From Pseudomonadota bacterium (GTDB lineage Bacteria; Pseudomonadota; Alphaproteobacteria; Sphingomonadales; CAKZYD01), in NCBI GenBank assembly GCA_049324415.1, contig JBMOOS010000039.1, positions 20,363-84,362 on the forward strand: a stretch of DNA of 64,000 nt. The letters are read 5' to 3'. Under the pieces are notes generated by a model. It ran no database searches. It saw nothing but the letters and a program-made list of their open reading frames with translations, and was not told where the DNA came from. Of this stretch, positions 13,138 through 24,424 are shown piece by piece. The stretch's first letter is position 1; every line of letters begins with the position of its first letter. The position numbers and the translations under genes were made by a program.

Positions 13138-14432
13138 GGCGCATCGGCTTTGTCGGCCGCTTCCTCCCGTGCCGTCGCTCGCCAGCCGATATCCCGGCGA
13201 TAATAGGCGCCCGGCCAAGTGATATGGGCAAGCGCTTCATAGGCGCGCCGCTGCGCTTGGCGGACATTTGCCGCGAGCGCGGTGACGCCTAGGACGCGGC
13301 CACCGCTGGCGTGGATTTCTCCCCCTTGAGCGGTGGTGCCGGCATGGAACACCGTTACCTCGGGCATGGCGCTGGCGCGCGCAAGGCCGTGTATCGCATC
13401 GCCCTTAACGTGCGACCCGGGATAGCCCTTGTTGGCCATCACCACGGTGAGCGCAGTACGGGTGTCCCAGCGCAGGTCGAAATGGGCAAGCCCACCCTCC
13501 ACCGCGGCAAGCAGCGCTGGCAGCAGGTCGGACTTAAGGCGCGGCAGCATCGCCTGGCACTCCGGGTCGCCAAAGCGCACATTATATTCGATGAGCTTGG
13601 GCCCGTCCCGGGTCAGCATCAGGCCGGCATAAAGGACCCCGACAAAGGGCGCGCCCATGTCGCGCATCGCTTTCACCGTCGGGTTGATGATGCGCGCCAT
13701 CACTGTATCGACGAGCGCCGGGGTCATGGCGGGGGCCGGCGAATAGGCGCCCATGCCGCCGGTATTGGGGCCGGTGTCGCCCTCCCCGATACGCTTGTGG
13801 TCCTGGGCGCTGGTCAAGGCCAGCGCGGTCTTGCCGTCGACCAGGGCGAAGAAGGAGGCTTCCTCGCCTTCCAGATATTCCTCGACGACGACGGCGGCGC
13901 CAGCGGGGCCGAAACGGCCGGAAAAGCAGTCATCGATGGCGGCGAAGGCCTCGGCCTCGCTTTGCGCGATGATGACGCCCTTGCCGGCCGCCAGGCCATC
14001 GGCCTTGATGACGATGGGGGTGCCGCGGATAGCGACATAATCTTTGGCTTCCTGGGCCTCCAAACAACGCTGATAGGCGGCGGTGGGGATGCCGTAGGAA
14101 CGGCACAGATCCTTGGCGAACCCTTTGGAGCCTTCGAGCTGGGCCGCCGCCGCGCTGGGCCCGAAGGCCTTGATGCCGGCGGCGGTCAAGGCATCGACCA
14201 GGCCGGCGACCAGCGGCCCTTCCGGTCCGACGACCACCAGTTCGACATGGTTTTCACGGCAAAAGTCGATCACCGCGCCGGGGTTATCGGCATTGAGGTC
14301 CACGCAGGTGGCGCACTGCGCGATGCCGGGATTGCCCGGCGCGCAATAAAGGGTGGTCAGCAGCGGCGAAGCCGCGAGTTTCCAGGCAAGGGCATGTTCG
14401 CGCCCGCCTGCGCCGATCAATAGGACATTCAT
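13134..14432 (-). CDS. purD: phosphoribosylamine--glycine ligase
   Basis: [22 protein letters not shown]-grasp region and GGMGAYSP. Confidence 0.96.
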   Translation of the reverse strand: MNVLLIGAGGREHALAWKLAASPLLTTLYCAPGNPGIAQCATCVDLNADNPGAVIDFCRENHVELVVVGPEGPLVAGLVDALTAAGIKAFGPSAAAAQLEGSKGFAKDLCRSYGIPTAAYQRCLEAQEAKDYVAIRGTPIVIKADGLAAGKGVIIAQSEAEAFAAIDDCFSGRFGPAGAAVVVEEYLEGEEASFFALVDGKTALALTSAQDHKRIGEGDTGPNTGGMGAYSPAPAMTPALVDTVMARIINPTVKAMRDMGAPFVGVLYAGLMLTRDGPKLIEYNVRFGDPECQAMLPRLKSDLLPALLAAVEGGLAHFDLRWDTRTALTVVMANKGYPGSHVKGDAIHGLARASAMPEVTVFHAGTTAQGGEIHASGGRVLGVTALAANVRQAQRRAYEALAHITWPGAYYRRDIGWRATAREEAADKADAP

Positions 14433-14469
14433 GTCCGCTCCTTATTGGTATTGGGCCCATGAAACTGTT

Positions 14470-15975
14470 ATGTCGTTTTTGCTGGCATGGCGAAACGCTG
14501 GCGGCCATGCCAGAGAATGGCCCTTTGTAGCAGGCGGCGATAACGAGGCAAGCCGGCAAAAGAACGAGGCATGGGTGGTCGAACTGGTCGAATATAGCGT
14601 TTCTGAGCTGGCAAGCGCGCTCAAGCGCGCGGTCGAGGAGCGTTTTTCCCATGTTCGCCTGCGGGGGGAGATTTCCGGCTTCAAGCGCCATACCTCCGGC
14701 CATTGCTATTTGAGCCTCAAGGACGAGAAGGCGGTCATCGACGCAGTGATTTGGCGGGGCACCGCCAGCGCGCTCAGCTTTCGCCCCGAGGATGGGCTCG
14801 AAGTCATCGCCATCGGCAAGGTGACCACTTATCCCGCCCGCTCCAAATACCAGATCGTCATCGACCATTTGGAGCCCGCGGGCGTCGGCGCCCTGATGGC
14901 GCTTCTCGAGGAGCGCCGCCGGGCGCTCGCCGCCGAGGGCCTCTTTGAGGCGGCGCGGAAAAAGCCCTTGCCGTTTCTCCCCGAGGTGATTGGCGTCGTC
15001 ACCTCGCCCACCGGGGCGGTCATCCGCGATATCCTGCACCGCCTTGCCGACCGCTGTCCCCGCCGGGTCCTTTTGTGGCCGGTGGCGGTCCAGGGCGAGG
15101 GGGCGGCGGAACAAATCGCCGCGGCGATTGCCGGCTTCAACGCCCTGCCATCCCAGGGCCCGGTGCCGCGCCCCGAGGTCCTCATCGTCGCCCGGGGGGG
15201 CGGCAGCCTCGAGGACCTATGGGCTTTCAACGAGGAAATCGTGGTCCGCGCGGCGGCGGCCAGCGCCATCCCCCTCATTTCCGCCGTCGGCCATGAGACC
15301 GACACCACCCTCATCGACCACGCCGCCGACCGGCGGGCGCCGACGCCGAGCGCGGCGGCGGAAATGGCGGTGCCGGTGCTCGCCGAGCTGCGCTACCAGA
15401 ACGAGGACTTGGCGGCACGGCTTGCGCGGGCGATGGCGCGCCACCTCGCCCAGCGCGGCGAAAGGCTGAAAGGGCTGGCGCGCGGCCTTCCCGTCTTGCG
15501 CGACGTCCTCGCCATTCCCATGCAGCGACTGGATGAGCTGGGAGAGCGCCTGCCCCGCGCCCTGCGCGCCCTCAACGCCGAGAAGCGCGCCGCCCATGAA
15601 CGGGTCGCCGGCCGCTTGCAGGGCCGTCTTCTTGCCACAAGCTTGCGCCAGCATGGCGTTGCGGTGCATGAGCTTGAGCGCCGCCTCGCCCATGGCTTGG
15701 ACCGCCGGCTGGAGCGGGCGGGCGCGCGCATCGAGGCGAGCGCCCGGCTGCTCGAAGGTTTGAGCTATGAGCGGATATTGGAGCGCGGCTATGCGGTGGT
15801 TCTTGACCAGGCGGCGCGGCCCATCGTCCGGCGCGTCGGGATAAGGCCGGGTGACGCCTTGACGCTGCGTTTTCACGATGGCGAGCTTGGCGCCATCGCC
15901 GCCGCCGGCAAGCCGCGCCGCGCGCCCGCGAAAGGCGGCGATGGCACGCCGCCGGCCCAAGGAAAACTGCTATGA
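14470..15975 (+). CDS. xseA: exodeoxyribonuclease VII large subunit
   Basis: N-terminal OB fold ([24 protein letters not shown]), [12 protein letters not shown] and a long helical C-terminus. Start trimmed so it no longer overlaps divergent purD. Confidence 0.92.
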   Translation: MSFLLAWRNAGGHAREWPFVAGGDNEASRQKNEAWVVELVEYSVSELASALKRAVEERFSHVRLRGEISGFKRHTSGHCYLSLKDEKAVIDAVIWRGTASALSFRPEDGLEVIAIGKVTTYPARSKYQIVIDHLEPAGVGALMALLEERRRALAAEGLFEAARKKPLPFLPEVIGVVTSPTGAVIRDILHRLADRCPRRVLLWPVAVQGEGAAEQIAAAIAGFNALPSQGPVPRPEVLIVARGGGSLEDLWAFNEEIVVRAAAASAIPLISAVGHETDTTLIDHAADRRAPTPSAAAEMAVPVLAELRYQNEDLAARLARAMARHLAQRGERLKGLARGLPVLRDVLAIPMQRLDELGERLPRALRALNAEKRAAHERVAGRLQGRLLATSLRQHGVAVHELERRLAHGLDRRLERAGARIEASARLLEGLSYERILERGYAVVLDQAARPIVRRVGIRPGDALTLRFHDGELGAIAAAGKPRRAPAKGGDGTPPAQGKLL

Positions 15976-16181
15976 GGGAAGCGAAGCTGGTTTACGAGGC
16001 GGCGGGGGTGCGCATCCTCGTGCCGGGGGATTATGTCCTTTGCGCGGTCACCGGCGCACGCATCCCCTTGGAAGCGCTGCGCTATTGGAACGCCGAGCTG
16101 CAGGAAGCCTATGTCGATGCGCAAGCGGCGAGCGCGCGGCACCGGCAGCGCCATGAGGCGCGCCCGGAGGAAGCGCCATGA
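15972..16181 (+). CDS. DUF2093 domain-containing protein
   Basis: Small conserved protein ([34 protein letters not shown]) that I recall as DUF2093, commonly after xseA in alphaproteobacteria. Confidence 0.65.
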   Translation: MREAKLVYEAAGVRILVPGDYVLCAVTGARIPLEALRYWNAELQEAYVDAQAASARHRQRHEARPEEAP

Positions 16182-16996
16182 GGCTGGGGCCCCTCTTCAT
16201 CGCGGCGCTTATTCTAGCGCTTCCGGCTGAGGCCTTGGAGCTCTCCGGGGCCTTGAAGCAAGGCGGCCTCGTCCTTGGCCAGGTGGCGCCGGGAAGCCGG
16301 GTGTGGCTTGATGGCGCGGAAATCAAGGTGGCGGGCGATGGCCGCTTTATATTCGGCTTTGCCCGCGAGGCCGGCGCCAAGGCCGTGCTCAGCTTTGCCA
16401 GCCCCGATGGCGTACGGGAACAACGCCAGCTCGCCATCGCGCCGCAAGACTACGCCATCGACCGGGTGGACGGCCTGCCGCCGGCGACCGTCACCATCCC
16501 GCCGGAGGAAGCGGCGCGGCGCCAGCGCGAAAGCGCGCTTGTCCAACAAGCCCGCGCCCCGGTTTCCGAGCTGATGGCCTGGGCCGATGGCTTCATCCTC
16601 CCCGTCGCGGGGGCGCGTATCAGCGGGGTTTATGGCGCGCAGCGCATCCTCAATGGCGAGCCGCGCTGGCCGCATTACGGCCTCGACCTCGCAGCGCCGG
16701 TGGGCACCCCGGTCACGGCGCCGGCCGCCGGCATCGTCCGCCTTGCCGAAACCGACTTTTTGCTCGAGGGCGGCATCGTCATCATCGACCATGGCTTTGG
16801 CGTTTCCTCGACCCTCATGCATTTGCATTCCGTCGCCGTGACGAAGGGCCAGTCGGTGCGCCAGGGCGAAGTCGTCGCCACTTTGGGGATGAGCGGGCGC
16901 GCCAACGGCCCGCATGTGGACTGGCGCATCAACTGGGGCGATGTCCGGGTCGACCCGAGGCTGGCCTTGGAGATGCGGCCCAAGGCGGACCCATGA
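16178..16996 (+). CDS. M23 family metallopeptidase
   Basis: Signal peptide plus the M23 motifs HYGLDLAAPVGTPV and VIIDHGFGVSSTLMHL...GPHVDW. Confidence 0.9.
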   Translation: MRLGPLFIAALILALPAEALELSGALKQGGLVLGQVAPGSRVWLDGAEIKVAGDGRFIFGFAREAGAKAVLSFASPDGVREQRQLAIAPQDYAIDRVDGLPPATVTIPPEEAARRQRESALVQQARAPVSELMAWADGFILPVAGARISGVYGAQRILNGEPRWPHYGLDLAAPVGTPVTAPAAGIVRLAETDFLLEGGIVIIDHGFGVSSTLMHLHSVAVTKGQSVRQGEVVATLGMSGRANGPHVDWRINWGDVRVDPRLALEMRPKADP

Positions 16997-16997
16997 C

Positions 16998-17672
16998 ATG
17001 AAAAGATGGGCCACCGTCTTATTTTTCCTGGCGCTTGTCGTGCCTTCCCCGCTTGCCGCCCAATGGTATGGCGAGGCGAGCGTGACCAGCGACTATCGCG
17101 ACCGCGGGGTTTCCTATTCCGGCGGCGATGTCGCGGTCCAGGGGCTTATCGAGCGCGGCTTTGACAGCGGCCTTAATCTAGGGGTCTGGGCCTCGACTTT
17201 GCGCCAAGCGCCGGGCGGGGACGCCGAGGTGAACATTTATGCAAGCTATGGCAAGGACATGGGCGCCGTCGGCTTCTGGTCGCTGGGGGCGCAATATGTC
17301 GGCTTTGTCGGCGCGCCCGGCACCGATTATGGCGAAGTTTTCGCCGCCATCGGGGTGGATTATGGCCTTGCCGTTGCAAGCCTTGGCCTGAGCTATACCC
17401 CCAGCCGCAACGACATCAAGGCCGGCGGCGATCTTTACACCCAGGCCCGCATCGACGCCCACTGGCCGGGCCGCCCCTATGGCGCCAGCGCGCGCTTGGG
17501 CTATGACCGGCTTGAGAAGCTGACCGACAAATGGGACTGGTCCCTGGGGCTGTTCTACCGTTGGCGGGCGGCGACTTTGAGCCTTGACTATGTGGACAGC
17601 GCCCGGGCTAACGCGCAAGTCTTTGCCCGCCGCGGCGCCACTATCGTCGGCGCGGTGAAGCTGAGTTTTTAG
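16998..17672 (+). CDS. outer-membrane beta-barrel protein (TIGR02001/Gcw_chp-like)
   Basis: Signal peptide MKRWATVLFFLALVVPSPLAAQ, alternating beta-strand pattern with repeated SDYR.RG.S and a terminal F. Confidence 0.6.
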   Translation: MKRWATVLFFLALVVPSPLAAQWYGEASVTSDYRDRGVSYSGGDVAVQGLIERGFDSGLNLGVWASTLRQAPGGDAEVNIYASYGKDMGAVGFWSLGAQYVGFVGAPGTDYGEVFAAIGVDYGLAVASLGLSYTPSRNDIKAGGDLYTQARIDAHWPGRPYGASARLGYDRLEKLTDKWDWSLGLFYRWRAATLSLDYVDSARANAQVFARRGATIVGAVKLSF

Positions 17673-17729
17673 GGTCCGGACCCTAGCCCTTGGCGCCGAA
17701 GCGGATCGGCAAGGCCAGCATAAAGGGTA

Positions 17730-19076
17730 TCAGGCGCCGGCCACCATCATCGTCTCGATGCGCAAGCTAGGCGCGTCGATGCCATAGCGGAACTGCAAGT
17801 CGTTGGCCGGCGTCAAGGCGGCGAACATGTCGAGAAGATTGCCGGCGATGGTGACCTCGGCGACCGGGCGCGTCACCTCGCCGTTTTCAATGAGAAAGCC
17901 GGCAGCGCCGCGGCTATAGTCGCCGGTCACCGGGTTGACGCCCATGCCGATGAGCTCGGTGACGTAAAAGCCGGCGCTCATATCCTCGATCAGCGCCGCC
18001 GGCGTCACGGCGCCGGGGGCAAGATAAAGATTGCTGGGCGCCGGCGCTGGCGCGCTCGCCGGCGCGCGGGCGGCGTGGCCGGTGGTGGCAAGGCCCAGTT
18101 GCCGCGCCGTCGCGCTGTCCAGAAGCCAGCTTTCAAGGACGCCGTCCGCGACGAGCGTGCAAGGCTTGGAGGCCACCCCTTCGCCGTCGAAGGGGCGCGA
18201 GCGCAAGCCCCGCCGGCGCAACGGGTCGTCGACGATGCGGATGCCGGGGGCGAAGACGCGCGCTGCCATTTTCTTGCGCAAGAAACTCGTCCCCCTCGCC
18301 ACCGCCTGGCCATTGATGGCGGCAGCGAAATGGCTGACAAGGCCGCCGGCGACGCGCGGATCGAAGACCACCGGCATGGCGCCGGTCTTGATGCGGGTGG
18401 GCAAGAGCCGGCGCACGGCACGGTTGCCGGCGCGCCGGCCCACCGTCTCGGGCGCTTCCAGATCAGTCCAATGGCGGGCCGAGGAAAAGGCATAGTCGCG
18501 CTCCATGGCGTTGCCTTCGCCAGCGATCACCGAGACCGAAAGGCTGCTTGCCGTGGCGCTTTGCGCGGCCTCAAAGCCGGCCGAGGTGGCAAGCCTCATA
18601 TGGCTGCGCGACCAGTGGGCACTGGCGCCCTCGGAATTGCTGACGCCAGGGACGGCGCGGGCGGCGTCCTCGCTGGCAAGGGCGGCGGCGAAAAGATTCT
18701 CCACCGGGCGCTCCACGCCATCGTCGAGGTCGAGGTCCAGCGCCGTGCCGCGAGACAGCCGGGAAGGATCGGCAAGACCGGCATAGGGGTCAGGCGGGGC
18801 GAGGCGGGCCATGGCGACGGCGCGCGCGGCAAGCTCGGCGAGGGCATGGGGCTTGAGGTCGGCCGACGAGGCCATCGCCTGGCGGCCGCCGATAAACACC
18901 CGCAAACCCAACTCGGTGGTCTCGGCGCGGGCGATATCTTCGCGCGCGCCAAGACGCACCGTCGCCGATAGCGCGGTTTCCGCGAATAATATGGCATCGG
19001 CCGCCTCGGCGCCGGCGGCAAGAGCAAGGGCGAGGGCCTTTTCAAGGACGGCGGCGCCCTGCGGCGGCGTGGCCAT
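17730..19076 (-). CDS. pmbA: TldD/PmbA family metalloprotease
   Basis: Full-length similarity to PmbA, including C-terminal GDYSRGAAGFLIENGE and ...MVAG. Confidence 0.88.
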   Translation of the reverse strand: MATPPQGAAVLEKALALALAAGAEAADAILFAETALSATVRLGAREDIARAETTELGLRVFIGGRQAMASSADLKPHALAELAARAVAMARLAPPDPYAGLADPSRLSRGTALDLDLDDGVERPVENLFAAALASEDAARAVPGVSNSEGASAHWSRSHMRLATSAGFEAAQSATASSLSVSVIAGEGNAMERDYAFSSARHWTDLEAPETVGRRAGNRAVRRLLPTRIKTGAMPVVFDPRVAGGLVSHFAAAINGQAVARGTSFLRKKMAARVFAPGIRIVDDPLRRRGLRSRPFDGEGVASKPCTLVADGVLESWLLDSATARQLGLATTGHAARAPASAPAPAPSNLYLAPGAVTPAALIEDMSAGFYVTELIGMGVNPVTGDYSRGAAGFLIENGEVTRPVAEVTIAGNLLDMFAALTPANDLQFRYGIDAPSLRIETMMVAGA

Positions 19077-19302
19077 TCATATCCTCCTTCACACTGGGAA
19101 AACGCGGGCGCCTTTCTTCAGGACTCCGGGGAGGTACGCCGTGGTCGCCTGCAAGGCAAGCCGCTTTTGTGCGCGCTGCCCGCATGCCAACAATTTTAAC
19201 TTGCAATTTTTTTCGGGCATGCGCAGATGAGGGCATCGTTCGCCTTGGGGGAGGCGCGTTTAAAATGGCCGGCCTGTGGGCCGTGTCCCGCGCTGTCATG
19301 CT

Positions 19303-19779
19303 ATGCAGAATGCCAAAATTTCTGTCGCCACGGATGACGCGCTTGCCGATGAGGAAAAGGCGGCGTTCAAAAATGTCATCAGGGCCTGCGCATGCGGCAA
19401 TCTGCGCCGCGCGACCCGCGTGGTGACGCGCCAGTTCGACGAGGTTTTTCGCGCGCTCGGCCTTCGCTCGACGCAAGTGGTCATTTTGATGCATGTGGGC
19501 GAGCAGGGGACCGCCATTTTATCGGCGCTGGCGCGCAAGCTGGCGATGGACGCCTCGACGTTGACGCGCAACCTCAATCCGCTGGAAGAGGCCGGGCTTA
19601 TCGTCGCGGAAAAGACGCCGGCGGGGCGCCGCCGCTCGGTCAAGCTCACCGATGCCGGCATCGCCATGCTGCGCCGCGCCTTGCCGCTATGGCAAAAAGC
19701 GCAAGCAAGCGTCACTGCCTCATTCGACGGCGCTGAATGGGAACGCCTTCGCGGCACGCTCGATCGCCTGGCGGGCTAA
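19303..19779 (+). CDS. MarR family transcriptional regulator
   Basis: Winged-helix region LRSTQVVILMHV.....LSALARKLAMDASTLTRNLNPLEEAGLI. Start taken at MQNAK. Confidence 0.85.
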   Translation: MQNAKISVATDDALADEEKAAFKNVIRACACGNLRRATRVVTRQFDEVFRALGLRSTQVVILMHVGEQGTAILSALARKLAMDASTLTRNLNPLEEAGLIVAEKTPAGRRRSVKLTDAGIAMLRRALPLWQKAQASVTASFDGAEWERLRGTLDRLAG

Positions 19780-21770
19780 TTTCGCTCGCCTGCGGCCATA
19801 AGCGCCGCCAGTTTATCCCCGCCAAGCACGGTGCGGGCGATGAAAAGGGCGCTCGCCGCCTCCAGCGCTTCCGCGTTGCCGCGCCGCGAGAAGCCATGGC
19901 CCTCGTCCTCGGCGAGGAGATACCACACTTCCCCCCCTTGGGCACGGAGGGTGCGCACCATCTGCTCCGACTCGCTGGCCGGCACCCGCGGGTCGTTGCG
20001 CCCCTGGGCCACCAGCAGCGGGCGGGTGATGCGCCGGGCGTTGGTCAAGGGCGAGATGGCGTTGAGATAAGCGCGCATCTGCGGATCGTTTTCATCGCCA
20101 TATTCGACGCGGCGCAAATCGCGGCGGAATTCCCCGGTCGACTGCAAAAAAGTGACGAAATTGGAAATCCCCACGATATCGATCCCGCCCCGCAGCCGGT
20201 CGTTATATCGCACAAGGGAGGCGAGCGTCAGATAGCCGCCATAGGACGCGCCCTGCACCATGACGCGGCTGGCGTCGAGATCGGGGACGGCGGCGATCCA
20301 GTCAAGCAGCGCCCCCACGTCGCGCACCGCGTCCTCGCGCAGGCGGCCATTGTCGAGGGCGGCGAAGTCGCGCCCATAGCCGGTGGAGCCCCGGACATTG
20401 GGAAGAATGACCGCGACCCCCAGCTCGCGCACCCAGAATTGGGTGGTGGCGGAATAGCTGGCCACCGATTGCGCCTCCGGCCCGCCATGGAAGCGGATGA
20501 CCACCGGATGCGGCCCGGGGCCGACGGGGCGGTAGATGAGCGCCGGGATACGCCGCGCCGCCCCCTGGTCCAGGTCGAAGCTGGGGTAGGTGATCATCTC
20601 CGGCTCTGGCAAAGCCCGTTCGGCGACGATCCCCTTGTCGCTGCGGCTCCACTGCGTCACCGCGCCGGTCGCCATGTCGAGGGCATAGGCGTTCTGCCCC
20701 AGGCGGGCGGCATCCAGGCTGAACCCTAAGCGCTTGCCCGCCTCATCGAAAGCCAGGTCGCTGATGAGCCCCATGGGCAAGTCGGGCGCCCATAGGGTGG
20801 CGCCGCTCGCCAGGTCGCGCACAACCAAGCGAAAGGCGCCGCCTTCGTTGACCGCGAAAGCGATCGCGCGGCCATCGGGCGAGATGTCGAACTGGGTGAC
20901 GTTCCAGGGGATATCCGCGGTCAAAGTGCGTAATAGGGCCCCATCGAAGCCGCGATAGCGCAAATGCAGGAAATCGCTTTGCGCGTTGGATGTGTAATAG
21001 ACGCCGCGCCCGTCCGGCGCAAACCGCGCGTCGCTATAGCCGATGGCGCCAGCATGGGCGTCGAGCGGCGCCTTGATGCCGGTCGCGACGTCGGCGATAT
21101 AAAGCGTGCTGTCGTGGACGCTGGTGAAGCGCAGAAGCAGCAGCCACTTATCGTTCGGCGACCAGTCGAGCGCCAGCCAGGCGCCAGGGTCCTGAAACAA
21201 GACCCGGGTCGCACCCGGCTCTTCCACCGCGCTGATCAAGACTCCCCAATCATCGCCCTCCCCGGTCTGCGCCCGGGTATAGGCGATGCGCCGCCGGTCA
21301 TTGGCGATGACGGCGTTGGAATTGCGCCCGCCGGGCTGGGTCAGGGCGCGAACCTCGCCCCCCGCGCCAGCGATGCGGTAAAAATGGAAATTCTCATCGC
21401 CATCGCGGTCGCGGGCAAAGACAACGCCCCCGTCGGCGGCGAACATGCCGCGCGTCACCGGCTGATCGAAATCGGTGAGCTGGCGCGGCTTTGCGCCCGG
21501 CTCCTCGATCAGGAAAAGCTGCGTCGTCTCGCCTTCGTTGGCGGCGACCAGCATGCCCTTGCCGCCCGGCTGCCAATCGAGGAACCGGGTCTCGCGCAAG
21601 GCGCTGTAGCGGCGCAGCTTGGCGATGAGGGCGGGCGGCAGGTCGGGCACGCCTTCCATGCGCAAGCCGCCGATTTGGCTGACCCGCGCCGCCTCCTCGC
21701 CAGACAAGGCGGGCGCGGCCAAAACCATGGCGAGCAGGGCGCCCGCCGGCATCAGCCAAAAGCGCGTCAT
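19776..21770 (-). CDS. S9 family peptidase (beta-propeller + prolyl-oligopeptidase catalytic domain)
   Basis: Signal peptide, propeller repeats, nucleophile elbow GASYGGY, and a C-terminal Asp/His region (GRNDPRV ... DEGHGF). Confidence 0.9.
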   Translation of the reverse strand: MTRFWLMPAGALLAMVLAAPALSGEEAARVSQIGGLRMEGVPDLPPALIAKLRRYSALRETRFLDWQPGGKGMLVAANEGETTQLFLIEEPGAKPRQLTDFDQPVTRGMFAADGGVVFARDRDGDENFHFYRIAGAGGEVRALTQPGGRNSNAVIANDRRRIAYTRAQTGEGDDWGVLISAVEEPGATRVLFQDPGAWLALDWSPNDKWLLLLRFTSVHDSTLYIADVATGIKAPLDAHAGAIGYSDARFAPDGRGVYYTSNAQSDFLHLRYRGFDGALLRTLTADIPWNVTQFDISPDGRAIAFAVNEGGAFRLVVRDLASGATLWAPDLPMGLISDLAFDEAGKRLGFSLDAARLGQNAYALDMATGAVTQWSRSDKGIVAERALPEPEMITYPSFDLDQGAARRIPALIYRPVGPGPHPVVIRFHGGPEAQSVASYSATTQFWVRELGVAVILPNVRGSTGYGRDFAALDNGRLREDAVRDVGALLDWIAAVPDLDASRVMVQGASYGGYLTLASLVRYNDRLRGGIDIVGISNFVTFLQSTGEFRRDLRRVEYGDENDPQMRAYLNAISPLTNARRITRPLLVAQGRNDPRVPASESEQMVRTLRAQGGEVWYLLAEDEGHGFSRRGNAEALEAASALFIARTVLGGDKLAALMAAGERN

Positions 21771-21772
21771 GC

Positions 21773-22732
21773 CTATTCCGCCGGGGCCGTCAGGCTGGCA
21801 TGGATGGAAGCGACCAGACGATCGCCGTGCACGAAGGCGTCGGGGGCGTCCCAGGTCGCGTCATAGGTGGCGGTAAGGCCCGCCTTCTGGATCTCGGCCA
21901 AGGACTTGCCGGCGGCGATTTCCCCCGCCACCTTGTTGCGCACATCGGCGAGCATGGCGCGGTAGGCCTTGAGCGCCGCCTTGTCCGCCAGCGGGCCGTG
22001 GCCGGGAATGATGCGGCTGTTCTCGTCGGCAAGCTCAAGCCCCTTATCGACGGCGGCAAGGACGCCGTCGACATGGCCGCCCGACTGCACGTCGATATAG
22101 GGATAGCGGCCGTTGAAGAAAATATCGCCCATATGGATGACGTTGGAGCCGGTAAAATGGATCAGCGCGTCGCCGTCGGTATGGGCGTGGGGGACATGGA
22201 TGGCGCGCACCGCCTCGCCGTTCAAGTGGAAGGTGGTGGTCTCGGAAAAGGTGACAACCGGCAAGGCGGCCTCTGGCGCCGGCGGCGTCACCTGGCCGCC
22301 GCCGCGGTCGAGCCCGGTCGCCAGCCGCGCCCGGACATTGTCATGGGCGAAGATCAACGTGTCGTGCTGGGCGGCGAAATTCTCGTTGCCGCCAGTATGG
22401 TCGTAATGCCAATGGGTGTTGACAAGGAAGCGGATCGGCCCGTCGGAAAAGGTGCGGATGGCAGCGACGATGCGCGGGCTCAATTCAGCGAACTGATCGT
22501 CGATGACGAAAACCCCATCCGGTCCCGAGGAGACGCCGATATTGCCGCCGGCACCGAACAGAACGTGAATATTGGGGGCAAGCTGGCGCGCCTCCACCTG
22601 CACCGTGGAAAAGTCGCGCTGGGCATGGCTTGGCACGACGGCAAGCAGGGCCATCATGGCGCCAGCGGCGGCGGCGCGCAATGGGGGCATCGGCAGTGGA
22701 AAGGGATGAAGCATCTTGTCTTCCTCCGGCAA
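21773..22732 (-). CDS. MBL-fold metallo-hydrolase
   Basis: HxHxDH motif (THWHYDHTGG) and a signal peptide. Directly downstream of the S9 peptidase gene. Confidence 0.88.
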   Translation of the reverse strand: MPEEDKMLHPFPLPMPPLRAAAAGAMMALLAVVPSHAQRDFSTVQVEARQLAPNIHVLFGAGGNIGVSSGPDGVFVIDDQFAELSPRIVAAIRTFSDGPIRFLVNTHWHYDHTGGNENFAAQHDTLIFAHDNVRARLATGLDRGGGQVTPPAPEAALPVVTFSETTTFHLNGEAVRAIHVPHAHTDGDALIHFTGSNVIHMGDIFFNGRYPYIDVQSGGHVDGVLAAVDKGLELADENSRIIPGHGPLADKAALKAYRAMLADVRNKVAGEIAAGKSLAEIQKAGLTATYDATWDAPDAFVHGDRLVASIHASLTAPAE

Positions 22733-22818
22733 GGGGCCGCATAAGCTTAGCCAAGGCCGGCGCCGGGTTCCAGCCCCCTCCGGCGCCTGGATTTATGGGA
22801 GCATGGGAGATAACGCGC

Positions 22819-23601
22819 ATGCCGTTCACCGCCATTGACGGACACAGCCTGTTCTATCACGAGGAGGGGGTCGCCAGCGGCGGGCCGCCCCTGGTCTTCA
22901 TCCATGGCTGGACCTGCGATCATAGCGCCATGCTGCCGCTCGCCGAGCGGTTCTCCGCCGACCATCATTGGATCGCCCTCGACCTTTTGGGCCATGGCCG
23001 CTCCGACAAGCCAGAGGCCGGCTATGCCATCGCCGACCAGGCAAAGGGGGCGCTGGCGCTGATCCGGCAATGGGCAGGGGCCCATCCGGTTCTCATCGGC
23101 CACTCCATGGGGGCGCAAGTCGCCCTCGAGGTCGCCGCCATGGCGGACTTTCCCCCCAAGGCCTTGGTGCTGCTCGACCCGGCGCCGATCCTGCCCCATG
23201 ACAAGGCGCGCGCCTGGGGCAAGGATTTGCGCCGCCAACTGGCGCGCCAGGACATCCCCGCCTTTCTCGCCGCTTTCGCCCGCCGCCAGTTCATCGAGCC
23301 CGTGGACCCGGCGGCCGTCGACCGCCTGATCGAGGTGATGACGGCAACCCCGGCGCATGTGGTGCGAGCCGCCTGGGACGGCGTCATCGACTGGGACGGC
23401 GCGAGCGCCCTTGCCCGCCTTTCCTCTCCGACCCTTGTCATTTCCGCCGACAAGCCGCTCAACCGCCCGCAAGACATCGCCCGCGCCAACCCGCGGGTGA
23501 TAACGGCGCAGACCGCCGGCGCCGGCCACATGCAGCAGTTCGAGGTGCCCGATCAGCTGGAAGCGATGATCCGCCGGTTTCTCCATCTGCTGGGGCATTG
23601 A
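22819..23601 (+). CDS. alpha/beta hydrolase
   Basis: LVFIHGW and nucleophile elbow GHSMGA. Start trimmed to MPFTAIDG. Confidence 0.85.
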   Translation: MPFTAIDGHSLFYHEEGVASGGPPLVFIHGWTCDHSAMLPLAERFSADHHWIALDLLGHGRSDKPEAGYAIADQAKGALALIRQWAGAHPVLIGHSMGAQVALEVAAMADFPPKALVLLDPAPILPHDKARAWGKDLRRQLARQDIPAFLAAFARRQFIEPVDPAAVDRLIEVMTATPAHVVRAAWDGVIDWDGASALARLSSPTLVISADKPLNRPQDIARANPRVITAQTAGAGHMQQFEVPDQLEAMIRRFLHLLGH

Positions 23602-23688
23602 AGGGCGTTCATGACAGATTCAGCCGATCTGCTATTGTCTCACTTGCGGCAAGGGAGCGGGGCGAAATTGAGAGGAGGAGAAAGCGAC

Positions 23689-24342
23689 ATGGCAAAGGCC
23701 ACTATCCGCGCGATACTGCTTGGAACGCTGACGGGGTTCGCCCTTGGCGCCTGCACCACCAATCCTTATACCGGCGAGCGGCAGGCTTCCAAGACCGCCA
23801 TCGGCGCCGGGGCCGGGGCGGCGGTGGGGGGCATCATCGGCGCCATCGCTGGCAAGCGCAAGGCGGCGCTCATCGGCGCCGGGGTCGGCGCGCTGGCGGG
23901 CGGCGCCGTCGGTGGCTATATGGACGCCCAGGAAGCCAAGCTCAAACGCCAGCTTGCCAACACCGGCGTCTCGGTCACCCGCGATGGCGACACCATCATC
24001 CTCAACATGCCCTCCAACATCACGTTCGACGTCGATAAGGCCGAAGTGAAGCCGCAATTTTACCCAGTTCTCAATTCCGTCGCCCTGGTGCTGAACGAAT
24101 ATGAGAAAACCTATGTCGATGTGATGGGCCACACCGATTCCACCGGCTCGGAAGAATATAATCTCGACCTTTCGGTGCATCGCGCCAACGCCGTCGCCAA
24201 TTATCTGATGGGACAAAAGGTTTTGGGCGAGCGCTTTCTGGTGCGCGGCATGGGCGAGGCGATGCCCATTGCCACCAACGACACCCCCGAGGGCCGGGCG
24301 CTCAACCGCCGGGTCGAGATCACGCTGCAACCGGTGACTTGA
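23689..24342 (+). CDS. OmpA-family lipoprotein with glycine-zipper segment
   Basis: Lipobox LGAC, a G/A zipper (GAGAGAAVGGIIGAIAG) and a C-terminal OmpA domain (GHTDSTGSEEYNLDLS..RA..V..YL, NRRVEI). GAGGAGGAG SD lies 8 nt upstream. Confidence 0.88.
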   Translation: MAKATIRAILLGTLTGFALGACTTNPYTGERQASKTAIGAGAGAAVGGIIGAIAGKRKAALIGAGVGALAGGAVGGYMDAQEAKLKRQLANTGVSVTRDGDTIILNMPSNITFDVDKAEVKPQFYPVLNSVALVLNEYEKTYVDVMGHTDSTGSEEYNLDLSVHRANAVANYLMGQKVLGERFLVRGMGEAMPIATNDTPEGRALNRRVEITLQPVT

Positions 24343-24424
24343 GCCTGGATTGAAGCCATAAGTTGAGCCGCGTCAAGGCATCCGGCCTTGCGCTTGCGCA
24401 TTGTGCCTCGCATGGAGGCATGGA

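Noticed and set aside
17670-17685. Perfect 16-nt palindrome TAGGGTCCGGACCCTA at the stop codon of the beta-barrel protein gene.
   Set aside because: No loop and no U-tract, so it is too short to call a terminator or operator. Probably incidental or a restriction-type palindrome.
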